From Macrostomum lignano (Eukaryota), in assembly GCA_002269645.1 (NCBI GenBank), contig NIVC01004133.1, positions 1 to 58,622 on the forward strand: a stretch of 58,622 nucleotides of DNA, written 5' to 3'. Shown here piece by piece: positions 25,475 through 37,145 of the stretch. The position numbers and the translations under genes are program-made. Each line of letters begins with the position of its first letter. Position 1 is the stretch's first letter. Under the pieces are notes generated by a model. That model did no database searches and was not told the origin of the DNA. It saw nothing but the letters and a program-made list of their open reading frames with translations.

Positions 25475-26905
25475 CCTGAGTTCTCACTCTCTCCCGAGCT
25501 CTCACTATCACCTGAGTTCTCACTCTCTCCCGAGCTCTCACTATCATCTGAGTTCTCACTCTCTCCCGAGCTCTCACTATCACCTGAGTTCTCACTCTCT
25601 CCCGAGCTCTCACTATCACCTGAGTTCTCACTCTCTCCCGAGCTCTCACTATCATCTGAGTTCTCACTCTCTCCCGAGCTCTCACTATCGAATGAGCTCT
25701 CACTCTCTCCCGAGCTCTCACTATCATCTGAGTTCTCACTCTCTCCCGAGCTCTCACTATCACCTGAGCTCTCACTCTCTCCCGAGCTCTCACTATCATC
25801 TGAGTTCTCACTCTCTCCCGAGCTCTCACTATCATCTGAGTTCTCACTCTCTCCCGAGCTCTCACTATCATCTGAGTTCTCACTCTCTCCCGAGCTCTCA
25901 CTATCATCTGAGTTCTCACTCTCTCCCGAGCTCTCACTATCATCTGAGTTCTCACTCTCTCCCGAGCTCTCACTATCATCTGAGTTCTCACTCTCTCCCG
26001 AGCTCTCACTATCACCTGAGTTCTCACTCTCTCCCGAGCTCTCACTATCATCTGAGTTCTCACTATCTCCCGAGCTCTCACTATCATCTGAGTTCTCACT
26101 CTCTCCCGAGCTCTCACTATCATCTGAGTTCTCACTCTCTCTCGAGCTCTCACTATCGAATGAGCTCTCACTCTCTCCCGAGCTCTCACTATCGAATGAG
26201 TTCTCACTATCTCCCGAGCTCTCACTATCATCTGAGTTCTCACTCTCTCCCGAGCTCTCACTATCACCTGAGTTCTCACTCTCTCCCGAGCTCTCACTAT
26301 CATCTGAGTTCTCACTCTCTCCCGAGCTCTCACTATCACCTGAGTTCTCACTCTCTCCCGAGCTCTCACTATCATCTGAGTTCTCACTCTCTCCCGAGCT
26401 CTCACTATCATCTGAGTTCTCACTATCTCCCGAGCTCTCACTATCATCTGAGTTCTCACTCTCTCCCGAGCTCTCACTATCATCTGAGTTCTCACTCTCT
26501 CTCGAGCTCTCACTATCGAATGAGCTCTCACTCTCTCCCGAGCTCTCACTATCGAATGAGTTCTCACTATCTCCCGAGCTCTCACTATCATCTGAGTTCT
26601 CACTCTCTCCCGAGCTCTCACTATCACCTGAGTTCTCACTCTCTCCCGAGCTCTCACTATCATCTGAGTTCTCACTATCTCCCGAGCTCTCACTATCATC
26701 TGAGTTCTCACTCTCTCCCGAGCTCTCACTATCATCTGAGTTCTCACTATCTCCCGAGCTCTCACTATCATCTGAGTTCTCACTCTCTCCCGAGCTCTCA
26801 CTATCATCTGAGTTCTCACTCTCTCTCGAGCTCTCACTATCGAATGAGCTCTCACTCTCTCCCGAGCTCTCACTATCGAATGAGTTCTCACTATCTCCCG
26901 AGCTG
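25475..26905. repeat. 36-bp satellite made of two 18-bp subunits (GAGTTCTCACTCTCTCCC-GAGCTCTCACTATCATCT)
   Basis: ~40 tandem units with variant blocks repeated at higher order. Confidence 0.95.
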
Positions 26906-27725
26906 CATTCAATTCTCCTGAGTTGAGAATGGCTACCAATAGCATTGCTGAGCTCCATCTATATAATTTTCTAGAATGCAAATTCATTTTGCCTAGCCGG
27001 CAGTAAACTGGCTCTTTGCAGGTTTTCCTGTACATTTATATGGCCAGCGGTGTGTCTCAGGACCATTTTTCAACGCAGCCCCGGGGACAATCTATCATCA
27101 GCTTGGGAGATTTTCGCAGCAAAGGCGCCGGTTTCGCTATTCATGAGCTCTCGTGTGTCTGCAGTGCGGTTGGTGCGACACCCGATCCTTGATTAGCTGC
27201 TTAAGCCGCTCGCCTCCTTTCCCTTACCCCCGTGTCCAGGATTTGGGACGCTGTTAGCATTGGCAATAAAAATCTTTAGCTGCGCGCGTGTATACAATTT
27301 CTCACAGTTGGAGCTGATGAAGATGCAAGAAATCTCGCACAGTGTACCTATCTGCTTCGGTAATGAACTTGTTATCAGGGCCAAGGAACTGGCAGATATC
27401 ATATCTCTGCCGCCTGTCTCCGGGGAGCCTGTCTGCTTAGAGATTGAAATCGAAATTCACATGAGTTCCTTAAATTAGCTGTGTTGCGGGAAATGCAAAG
27501 CTGTTAGGATTCTGTGTGTGCAGCATTGCGTGATTCACTGATTGCCAATTATCCTGATTTTTCCCTCTTCGATCCGCAAAAATACGTTGCTTTTAACAAT
27601 TTTCTCCATCGAAGCATGCTGCTGAGCACCGTTGCGAAGCAGTGACGGGGACACAAGTGACTCATGATTGTGAAACTGAGGAGAAAATGATTCGACATGA
27701 CTGTTACCATGACTTACAAGTCTCC

Positions 27726-29055
27726 GACCATGAGTCACCTGTGCTCAATACCGCTCACCAACCATGAGTCACCTGTGCCCCTCACTGCTCACCAACCATG
27801 AATCACCTGTGCCCCTCACCGCACACCAACCATGAATCACCTGTGCCCCTCACCGCTCACCAACCATGAGTCACCTGTGCTCAATACCGCTTACCAACCA
27901 TGAGTCACCTGTGCCCGTCACCGCTCACCAACCATGAGTCACCTGTGCCCCTCACCGCTCACCAACCATGAGTCACCTGTGCTCAATACCGCTCACCAAC
28001 CATGAATTACCTGTGCCCCTCACCGCACACCAACCATGAATCACCTGTGCCCGTCACCGCTCACCAACCATGAGTCACCTGTGCTCAATACCGCTCCCCA
28101 ACCATAAATCACCTGTGCCCCTCACCGCACACCAACCATGAATCACCTGTGCCCGTCACCGCACACCAACCATGAGTCACCTGTGCCCCTCACCGCACAC
28201 CAACCATGAGTCACCTGTGCCCCTCACCGCTCACCAACCATGAGTCACCTGTGCCCCTCACCGCACACCAACCATGAGTCATCTGTGCCCCTCACCGCAC
28301 ACCAACCATGAGTCACCTGTGCCCCTCACCGCACACCAACCATGAGTCACCTGTGCCCCTCACCGCACACCAACCATGAGTCACCTGTGCCCCTCACCGC
28401 ACACCAACCATGAGTCACCTGTGCTCAATACCGCTCCCCAACCATGAATCACCTGTGCCCCTCACCGCTCACCAACCATGAATCACCTGTGCCCCTCACC
28501 GCACACCAACCATGAGTCACCTGTGCCCCTCACCGCACACCAACCATGAGTCACCTGTGCCCCTCACCGCTCACCAACCATGAGTCACCTGTGCCCATTA
28601 CCGCTCCCCAACCATGAGTCACCTGTGCCCGTCACCGCTCACCAACCATGAGTCACCTGTGCCCCTCACCGCTCACCAACCATGAATCACCTGTGCCCCT
28701 CACCGCACACCAACCATGAGTCACCTGTGCTCAATACCGCTCCCCAACCATGAATCACCTGTGCCCCTCACCGCTCACCAACCATGAATCACCTGTGCCC
28801 CTCACCGCTCACCAACCATGAGTCACCTGTGCCCCTCACCGCACACCAACCATGAGTCACCTGTGCCCCTCACCGCACACCAACCATGAGTCACCTGTGC
28901 CCCTCACCGCTCACCAACCATGAGTCACCTGTGCCCATTACCGCTCCCCAACCATGAGTCACCTGTGCCCGTCACCGCTCACCAACCATGAGTCACCTGT
29001 GCCCCTCACCGCTCACCAACCATGAATCACCTGTGCCCCTCACCGCTCACCAACC
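27726..29055. repeat. 34-bp satellite (CCATGAGTCACCTGTGCCCCTCACCGCTCACCAA)n, array 1
   Basis: Period 34 (e.g. TGAGTC at 27901 and 27935). Same unit at 33045 and 36400. Confidence 0.95.
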
Positions 29056-29424
29056 AGACGCGAACATGCAAATTCGCAGTGTATTTAGAGAGTCAAATTA
29101 TGAAAAAACCAAGCCAAAGACTTGAACTGAAGATACGTTTGAATTTCGCCGGATTTTCTGCTATAACAATTTGTTAAATTTCCAAGGCGAGATTTTCCTG
29201 CAATTTCTCAGTTTATCTGCTATGTGGTGGGAAAAATTGGCGGCATTTTCAATTCCGCTTAGATTAACAGCTGTTTTACTTTCACACCGAAAAAGTTCAC
29301 GGAATTCCGTACATGTGATGCTGACGTCCTATCTGAAATTTTTTGTGATAGCCAGTCATAAATATCCGCTCTGTATAGGAGAAACAAAAATATCTCGAGT
29401 TTACGAGTAGAGTCAAAAACGAGA

Positions 29425-29832
29425 ACAGTCTAGCAATCCAGAACACGCAGTCTAGCAATCCAGAACACACAGTCTAGCAATCCATCATGCAGTCTAGCAA
29501 TCCAGAACACACAGTCTAGCAATCCAGAACACACAGTCTAGCAATCCATCATACAGTCTAGCAATCCAGCATGCAGTCTAGCAATCCAGCATGCACAGTC
29601 TAGCAATCCAGCATGCACAGTCTAGCAATCCAGCATGCACAGTCTAGCAATCCAGCATGCAGTCTAGCAATCCAGCATTCAGTCTAGCAATCCAGCATGC
29701 AGTCTAGCAATCCAGCATGCAGCCTAGCAATCCAGCATTCAGTCTAGCAATCCAGCATGCAGTCTAGCAATCCAGCATTCAGTCTAGCAATCCAGCATGC
29801 AGCCTAGCAATCCAGCATTCAGTCTAGCAATC
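29425..29832. repeat. 20-22 bp minisatellite (CAGTCTAGCAATCCAGCATG[CA])n
   Basis: Abuts the stop codon of precursor A; paralogous array at 33750-33995. Confidence 0.9.
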
Positions 29833-29846
29833 CTCAATCGTAAATA

Positions 29847-30119
29847 TCAGTAGCCGCACCTTCCATAGTTGCTTCCGAACCTCAGGCTGTTTCTAAAGCC
29901 TCTCTTTTCTGCCTGGGCGGCGGCCCTCTGCCTCAGCAGCGACAGCAGCAGGGCCTCCTCATCATCCGCCCACTGCTGATCGCTCAGTCGGGCAGCGCCT
30001 TCGGCTTCGGCCGCCTCCACGGCAGCACCTGAAGCCGGACGGCCTTCAGCGGGGCTCCAAAGGGCGACTGCGAGCACCAGGAGCAGCGGCAGGACGAGCT
30101 TCGGGACTGGGCACTTCAT
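29847..30119 (-). CDS. Neuropeptide precursor A, allatotropin-like (predicted GFRNSLRFGSNY-amide)
   Basis: Hydrophobic signal peptide ending ..SPAEG, acidic spacer, KR cleavage, 12-mer, then Gly-Arg amidation/cleavage site. Family assignment is by eye against lophotrochozoan allatotropins (GFR...R.[AS].[GN][YF]amide). Confidence 0.8.
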   Translation of the reverse strand: MKCPVPKLVLPLLLVLAVALWSPAEGRPASGAAVEAAEAEGAARLSDQQWADDEEALLLSLLRQRAAAQAEKRGFRNSLRFGSNYGRCGY

Positions 30120-30411
30120 CGTTGTGAGCAGCTGTGCTGTGTTGATGATGAGCTGGCTTGTTATAACTGGCTGAGCTGAGGATGATGGGTGAGAGTGAGA
30201 TGAGTGAGAGTGAAATGAGTGAGTGTAAGACGAGTGAGAGTGAGATGGGTGAGAGAAAGATGAGTGAGAGTGAAATGAGTGAGAGTGAGACTGATGAGTG
30301 AGATGGGTGAGAGAAAGATGAGTGAGAGTGAAATGAGTGAGAGTGGGATAAGTGAGAGTGAGAATAGAGCACTACAACCGTGAGAGCCAGGGCAGCTGGC
30401 GGGAATCTCAC

Positions 30412-30545
30412 CTGAAGCTGTAGCACGGGAATTCGGTGGAGTTCGAGATCAGAGAGTCTCCAGGCGACAGGGATCGCTGAGCTGATCTGGGCTCCCTCAA
30501 TTTATAGGCGACTTAACCGAGTGGGCGCACCGGCAGCCAATGGGT
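30412..30545 (-). promoter_or_regulatory. Non-coding exon 1 and core promoter of precursor A
   Basis: TATAAA (minus strand) at 30501-30506, TCAG initiator-like site ~25-30 nt downstream, CCAAT box at ~30537, donor CAG|GTGAG at 30412/30411. Confidence 0.65.
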
Positions 30546-31199
30546 AGCCGGCTGCACCGCCCTGCTCTGCAAGGCATCGTGTGCGGGACATTTGGCACAC
30601 AATTTGATAATTAGAAAGTCAAACAGCTAGCGGTGGCTTCTCAAATATTGATTGTTAGCCAAGCCATTGCCTAATTTTCCTCGAGCACTCTCGGTCGTTG
30701 AATTCGAATTTAATTTTCACTATAGCGATGCAATGATTGAATCAGATTTTTGTCACCGTTTTTGCTCCGGCGTTGGAATAAAGCCTGGCTAACAAAATGA
30801 GGATGAAATGTTTCGGTGGAAAATGACAAATGCTGGAGGAGATTTAAGATTGACAAGCTGTTGAAACCAGGGGATTTTGAACCCGGGGAATTCCAATCCC
30901 CGGAACTATTTTTGCATGTATTCTGAAATCTAAGGCCACACTCAAACAAAAACTTGTTAATAGTTAGTAGGATAGAGGTAAACATAAAACGGAGTACATT
31001 TGTGTAAAATTAAGATTTGAGGCAAACATTGATATTGTTGGCTGGGGTGCTGCGCAGAATGTCAGGCAATGTCTCCCTGACTCTAAAACATGCATTGGCA
31101 AACTCTGGCCTCTGCCTCTGACTCTTCCTACGTCCCTTGGATCCTTTGAAACTTCTATCTTCTCTTCTGCTTCCTCTCTTCTCTCTCTCCTCTTATCTC

Positions 31200-31905
31200 A
31201 GAGTGAAAGTAGAGAGAGTGAAAGTACAGAGAGTGAAAGTAGAGAGTGAAAGTACAGTGAGTGAAAGTAGAGAGAGTGAAAGTAGAGAGAGTTAAAGTAG
31301 AGAGAGTGAAAGTAGAGAGAATGAAAGTACAGAGAGTGAAAGTAGAGAGTGAAAGTAGGGAGAGTGAAAGTATAGAGAGTGAAAGTAGAGAGTGAAAGTA
31401 CAGTGAGTTAAAGTAGAGAGAGTGAAAGTAGAGAGAGTGAAAGTAGAGAGAGTGAAAGTAGAGAGAATGAAAGTACAGAGAGTGAAAGTAGAGAGTGAAA
31501 GTAGGGAGAGTGAAAGTATAGAGAGTGAAAGTAGAGAGTGAAAGTACAGTGAGTTAAAGTAGAGAGTGAAAGTAGGGAGAGTGAAAGTATAGAGAGTGAA
31601 AGTAGAGAGTGAAAGTACAGTGAGTTAAAGTAGAGAGAGTGAAAGTAGAGAGAGTGAAAGTAGAGAGAGTGAAAGTAGAGAGAGTGAAAGTAGAGAGTGA
31701 AAGTACAGAGTGAAAGTACAGAGAGTGAAAGTAGAGAGAGTGAAAGTACAGAGTGAAAGTAGAGAGAGTGAAAGTAGAGAGAGTGAAAGTAGAGAGAGTG
31801 AAAGTAGAGAGAGTGAAAGTACAGAGTGAAAGTAGAGAGAGTGAAAGTAGAGAGATTGAAAGTAGGGAGAGTGAAAGTAGAGAGAGTGAAAATAGGAAGA
31901 GTGAA
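31200..31905. repeat. 13-15 bp purine-rich minisatellite (GAGAGTGAAAGTAGA)n
   Basis: Tandem array. Confidence 0.9.
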
Positions 31906-32449
31906 ACAGCGATAATTTAAGGAAAACAGTGAAAATTTTGTGTGGGTGGAGAGAGCATAAAGCGAGAAAACAATAAGTGTAAATATGGAAACTCTCTGAA
32001 ATTGCGGAACAAAGAGCTTTCAGTGCCAGCATTGAGTTGCTTTCATTTTTGCGACTCAATTGATTTGGTATTGCCAGCAGAAAAAAAATACAAAAATAAA
32101 TTGTCTTCAGTGTGCCAGTTTCAGATTTCGCAGGCACTCAGCTGCAGTTTTCTATCTTACAATGGAAGATGCAGGATTCTTGCACGCTTGATGAGCTCTT
32201 TAGCTTTGAGATTTTTTAATGCTGGTGCTGCCTTCCACAGTTGTCTAACAACAGTCTCTAGGCGAATATTGCGCTTTAGTGAATCTATTTTTTGTCTTTT
32301 ACTGCTTTCAATGGTTTCAATTTTCTATATTGTTTGCTTGAGGGCTTTAAGCAATATGCTTTGTGTTGGTAGTGAATTCAGTGCTCTGAAGGCCTGAAGC
32401 TCAGATTCTCTCATTCACCTTCTTGATTGGATGCCTGCCATTATAATAA

Positions 32450-32757
32450 ATAATGATAATAATAACTGATTACACCTGTCCTGATTTGCAGATGAGCAAC
32501 CGACAGCTCAGCCGCAGCTATTGCGCGGCGCATCTGAAGGCTGCGTACGGCTGTTCAGTCCAAGGACTGGGGGGTCGCCAGACACCCTCAATTACCCCAG
32601 CTAATGCTGGCACCCATTTTACAGCTGGGTGAACTGAAGCAATGCAGAGTTAAGCCTCTTGCTCAAGGACACAAACTGTTCAGAGTAGGTCGAGCATCGA
32701 ACCCCCGACCTTTCAGTCGTGATTGCGAAACTCCAACCACTGGGCTACGAACCTCCC
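32450..32757 (-). mobile_element. tRNA-derived CORE-like SINE (family B), near full length
   Basis: Reverse complement has A-box TAGCCCAGTGG, B-box GGTTCGATGCT, CORE-like TCCTTGAGCAAG..CACCCAGCTGTAAAATGGG, and ends in a (TTA)n-like tail. Aligns with 11956-12210. Confidence 0.8.
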
Positions 32758-33044
32758 TATTATGCTATTATGCAATTATAACAGTCCACCCGCATTCGTA
32801 CTGCGTTTCTTTGATGCCACGAAGAACAAAATACACTACTGAATTACTGTGAGTAATATAGTAAGAACTTAAGAGAAATATTTTGGCAGACTGCTTGCTA
32901 CCTGTGTGCTGTGCAAGAGGCATCGTGTCTGACGCAGTGTTTATCTTAGGCAATCGTATTGACACAGCCGGACCTTGCCTTTGCCTGTAGCAGTGCCAGT
33001 CAGTCCAAGTAACCAAGCTATTCAGGACATGCGCAGTGCCCAAC

Positions 33045-33430
33045 CATGAGTCACCTGTGCCCCTCACCGCTCACCAACCATGAGTCACCTGTGCTCAATA
33101 CAGCTCACCAACCATGAGACACCTGTGCTCAATACAGCTCACCAACCATGAGCCACCTGTGCCCATCATCGCTCACCAACCATGAGTCACCTGTGCTCAA
33201 TACAGCTCACCAACCATGAGTCACCTGTGCCCATCACCGCTCACCAACCATGAGTCACCTGTGCCCATCACGGCTCACCAACCATGAGTCACCTGTGCCC
33301 ATCACCGCTCACCAACCATGAGTCACCTGTGCCCATCACCGCTCACTAACCATGAGTCACCTGTGCCCATCACCGCTCACTAACCATGAGTCACCTGTGC
33401 CCATCACCGCTCACCAACCATGAGTCACTT
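33045..33430. repeat. 34-bp satellite, array 2
   Basis: Same unit as 27726-29055. Confidence 0.95.
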
Positions 33431-33749
33431 GTGACTTGGAAACCTGTGCCCTGCTTCTGTCATGTGAGCAGGTGCTTCAGCAATTTGATAACGCATTTCT
33501 TTTTGATGAAAAAATCAGAGATCGGTTTGGATATATGATGAATGCAATTTCGATTGTATTTATTTGTTTTCCAAATTGCCCAACCGATATTTTGTATCGA
33601 CTTAGATTCAACCAACAGTTTTTCAACGGTTTTTCTTCACCCTGAAAGCTTTCACCGGAATTGGCTTCAGTGGCGGAGTTGAAATTTTTGTCTTTGCATT
33701 TTTCCGTCCGGATAACTGCCGTCCTTATCTGAAATTTTTTGTGGTAGAT

Positions 33750-33995
33750 AGTCTAGCAATCCATCATACAGTTTAGCAATCCAGCATGCACAGTCTAGCA
33801 ATCCAGCATGCACAGTCTAGCAATCCAGCATGCACAGTCTAGCAATCCAGCATGCACAGTCTAGCAATCCAGCATGCACAGTCTAGCAATCCAGCATGCA
33901 CAGTCTAGCAATCCAGCATGCACAGTCTAGCAATCCAGCATGCAGTCTAGCAATCCATCATGCACAGTCTAGCAATCCATCATGCACAGTCTAGC
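33750..33995. repeat. 22-bp minisatellite (CACAGTCTAGCAATCCAGCATG)n
   Basis: Paralog of 29425-29832; abuts the stop codon of precursor B. Confidence 0.9.
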
Positions 33996-34010
33996 TATCT
34001 ATTCATCATG

Positions 34011-34250
34011 TTAGGAGCCGCACCTTCCATAGTTGCTGGCAAACCTTAGAGTGCCTCTAAAGCCTCTCTTTTCAGCCTGGGCGGCGGCCCTCTGCCTCAG
34101 CAGCAACAGCAGCAGGGCCCCCTCTGCATCCGCCCACAGCCAATCTTTCAGTTCGGCAGCTGCTGCAGGACGGCCTTCAGCGGGGCTCCATAGGGCGACT
34201 GCGAGCACCAGGAGCAGCGGCAGGACGACCTTCAGGACTGGGCACTTCAT
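34011..34250 (-). CDS. Neuropeptide precursor B, allatotropin-like (predicted GFRGTLRFASNY-amide)
   Basis: Paralog of 29847-30119 with the same signal peptide and KR/GR sites and a shorter spacer. Confidence 0.8.
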   Translation of the reverse strand: MKCPVLKVVLPLLLVLAVALWSPAEGRPAAAAELKDWLWADAEGALLLLLLRQRAAAQAEKRGFRGTLRFASNYGRCGS

Positions 34251-34299
34251 CGTTGTGAGCTGGGCTTGCGCAATGAGCTTAGTTGAGGGTGATTTGTGA

Positions 34300-34960
34300 G
34301 AGTGGGATGGGTGAGAGTGAGATGAGTGAGAGTGAGATGAGTGAGAGTGAGATGAGTGAGAGTGAGATGAGTGAGAGTGAGATGAGTGAGAGTGAGATGA
34401 GTGAGAGTGAGATGAGTGAGAGTGAGATGAGTGAGAGTGAGATGAGTGAGAGTGAGATGAGTGAGAGTGAGATGAGTGAGAGTGAGATGAGTGAGAGTGA
34501 GATGAGTGAGAGTGAGATGAGTGAGAGTGAGATGAGTGAGAGTGAGATGAGTGAGAGTGAGATGAGTGAGAGTGAGATGAGTGAGAGTGAGATGAGTGAG
34601 AGTGAGATGAGTGAGAGTGAGATGAGTGAGAGTGAGATGAGTGAGAGTGAGATGAGTGAGAGTGAGATGAGTGAGAGTGAGATGAGTGAGAGTGAGATGA
34701 GTGAGAGTGAGATGGGGGATGGGTGAGAGTGAGATGAGTCAGAGTGAGATAGGTGAGAGTGATATGGGTGAGAGTGAGATGGGTGAGAGTGATATGGGTG
34801 AGAGTGATATGGGTGAGAGTGATATGGGTGAGAGTGAGATGGGTGAGAGTGATATGGGTGAGAGTGAAATGAGTGAGAGTAAAATAAGTGAGAGTGAAAT
34901 GAGTGAGAGTGAAATGAGTGAGAGTGAAATGAGTGAGAGTGACATAAGTGAGAGTGAGAA
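34300..34960. repeat. 15-bp minisatellite (GAGTGAGAGTGAGAT)n in intron 1 of precursor B
   Basis: Highly homogeneous array; shorter paralog at 30180-30362. Confidence 0.95.
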
Positions 34961-35007
34961 TAGAGCACTACAACCGTGAGAGCCAGGGCAGCTGGCGGGA
35001 ATCTCAC

Positions 35008-35140
35008 CTGAAGCTGTAGCACGGGAATTCGGTGGAGTTCGAGATCAGAGAGTCTCCAGGCGGCAGGGATCGCTGAGCTGATCAGGGCACCCTCAGTTTA
35101 TAGGCGACTTGACCGAGTGGGCGCACCGGCAGCCAATGGG
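35008..35140 (-). promoter_or_regulatory. Non-coding exon 1 and core promoter of precursor B
   Basis: TATAAA (minus strand) at 35097-35102, CCAAT box, donor CAG|GTGAG. Nearly identical to 30412-30545. Confidence 0.65.
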
Positions 35141-35529
35141 ACCGGCTGGGCGTTAACCCGAATATCCGTGAAGCCGGCCGTGCCAATCAATTCAAGACGC
35201 ATCGAGTGCCATATCTGGATGTTTTTGATTAACCGAGTGAAAACGCATCGCTTGTGAAAGTCCAGGAACGTGACAAAGGGTTTTATTCCAAAGAGTTATT
35301 TTCGTTCAAAATTCATTTGATATTTTTCTGTAAATGCAAATTAATTGCAGTCAAAAAGCAATTCGCTGTGATTGCTCTCAGCAGCTGTCAGAGATAAGGG
35401 CTGTCGTGTCGCTTAATTGCTTTGCGAATAAACTCATTGCATGCTCTAAAAAATGACAAAAAATACGGCAATTAATCTGCTTTGTTGGCTGCTGCTTGAT
35501 GCCTGTGTGCGCTGCAATGCAGATTGCGC

Positions 35530-36105
35530 TTATTCCACTGGGTGCTTATTCCACTGGGTGCTTATTCCACTGGGTGCTTATTCCACTGGGTGCTTATTCC
35601 ACTGGGTGCTTATTCCACTGGGTGCCTATTCCACTGGGTGCTTATTCCACTGGGTGCTTATTCCACTGGGTGCTTATTCCACTGGGTGCTTATTCCACTG
35701 GGTGCTTATTCCACTGGGTGCTTATTCCACTGGGTGCTTATTCCACTGGGTGCTTATTCCACTGGGTGCTTATTCCACTGGGTGCTTATTCCACTGGGTG
35801 CTTATTCCACTGGGTGCTTATTCCACTGGGTGCTTATTCCACTGGGTGCTTATTCCACTGGGTGCTTATTCCACTGGGTGCTTATTCCACTGGGTGCTTA
35901 TTCCACTGGGTGCTTATTCCACTGGGTGCTTATTCCACTGGGTGCTTATTCCACTGGGTGCTTATTCCACTGGGTGCTTATTCCACTGGGTGCTTATTCC
36001 ACTGGGTGCTTATTCCACTGGGTGCTTATTCCACTGGGTGCTTATTCCACTGGGTGCTTATTCCACTGGGTGCTTATTCTACTGGGTGCTTATTCCACTG
36101 GGTGC
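35530..36105. repeat. 16-bp minisatellite (TTATTCCACTGGGTGC)n
   Basis: Near-perfect tandem array. Confidence 0.95.
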
Positions 36106-36399
36106 TTGTCCCATTGATTGCTTAAATTTCCTGTTCCATAATGGTTTCTCACCTTTTCAATTCAAATATCGACCGAACATCATTAACATTAACAGTAGCA
36201 TGTTGAGAGCTTGGTTTTTTCTTGGTCAATAACATTCCTGTAGATAATATATGAATGTAATAACATCTGTAATGAAAACGTTGTTTGTTTTAACCTTAGC
36301 TGCTTCAAAGAGTACACTGAACTTGTCGATGAAGTCGTCAATGCTTAGCATTTTAAATCATGCCCGTTTGTTTGAGTCTAGGTCTAAACGTCTATCCCT

Positions 36400-37145
36400 A
36401 CTCACCGCTCACCAACCAGGAGTCACCTGTGCCCATCACCGCTCACCAACCAGGAGTCACCTGTGCCCATCACCGCTCACCAACCATGAGTCCACTGTGC
36501 CCCTCACCGCACATTAACCATGAGTCACCTGTGCCCCTCACCGCACATCAACCATGAGTCACCTGTGCCCCTCACCGCTCACCAACCATGAGTCACCTGT
36601 GCCCATCACCGCTCACCAACCATGAGTCACCTGTGCCCCTCACCGCTCACCAACCATGAGTCACCTGTGCCTCTCATCGCTCACCAACCATGAGTCACCT
36701 GTGCCTCTCATCGCTCACCAACCATGAGTCACCTGTGCCTCTCATCGCTCACCAACCATGAGTCACCTGTGCCCATCACCGCTCACCAACCATGAGTCAC
36801 CTGTGCCCATCACCGCTCACCAACCATGAGTCACCTGTGCCCCTCACCGCTCACCAACCATGAGTCACCTGTGCCTCTCATCGCTCACCAACCATGAGTC
36901 ACCTGTGCCTCTCATCGCTCACCAACCATGAGTCACCTGTGCCTCTCATCGCTCACCAACCAGGAGTCACCTGTGCCCATCACCGCTCACCAACCATGAG
37001 TCACCTGTGCCCATCACCGCTCACCAACCATGAGTCACCTGTGCCCCTCACCGCTCACCAACCATGAGTCACCTGTGCCTCTCATCGCTCACCAACCATG
37101 AGTCACCTGTGCCCCTCACCGCTCACCAACCATGAGTCCCCTGTG
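36400..37145. repeat. 34-bp satellite, array 3
   Basis: Same unit as 27726-29055. Confidence 0.95.

Noticed and set aside
27726-29055. CRISPR-like 34-bp repeat array
   Set aside because: Units are contiguous with no unique spacers, there are no cas genes, and the context is eukaryotic.
30046-30426. ORFs starting MLQLQVRFPPAALAL (also 34279-35022)
   Set aside because: Read-through from non-coding exon 1 across the donor into the intronic 15-bp repeat.
32100-32400. Coiled-coil-like broken frame on the minus strand
   Set aside because: In-frame stops, no splice chain and no homology cue.
36130-36360. Possible minus-strand exon pair with a ~57-nt GT-AG intron
   Set aside because: No phase combination gave an open spliced frame.
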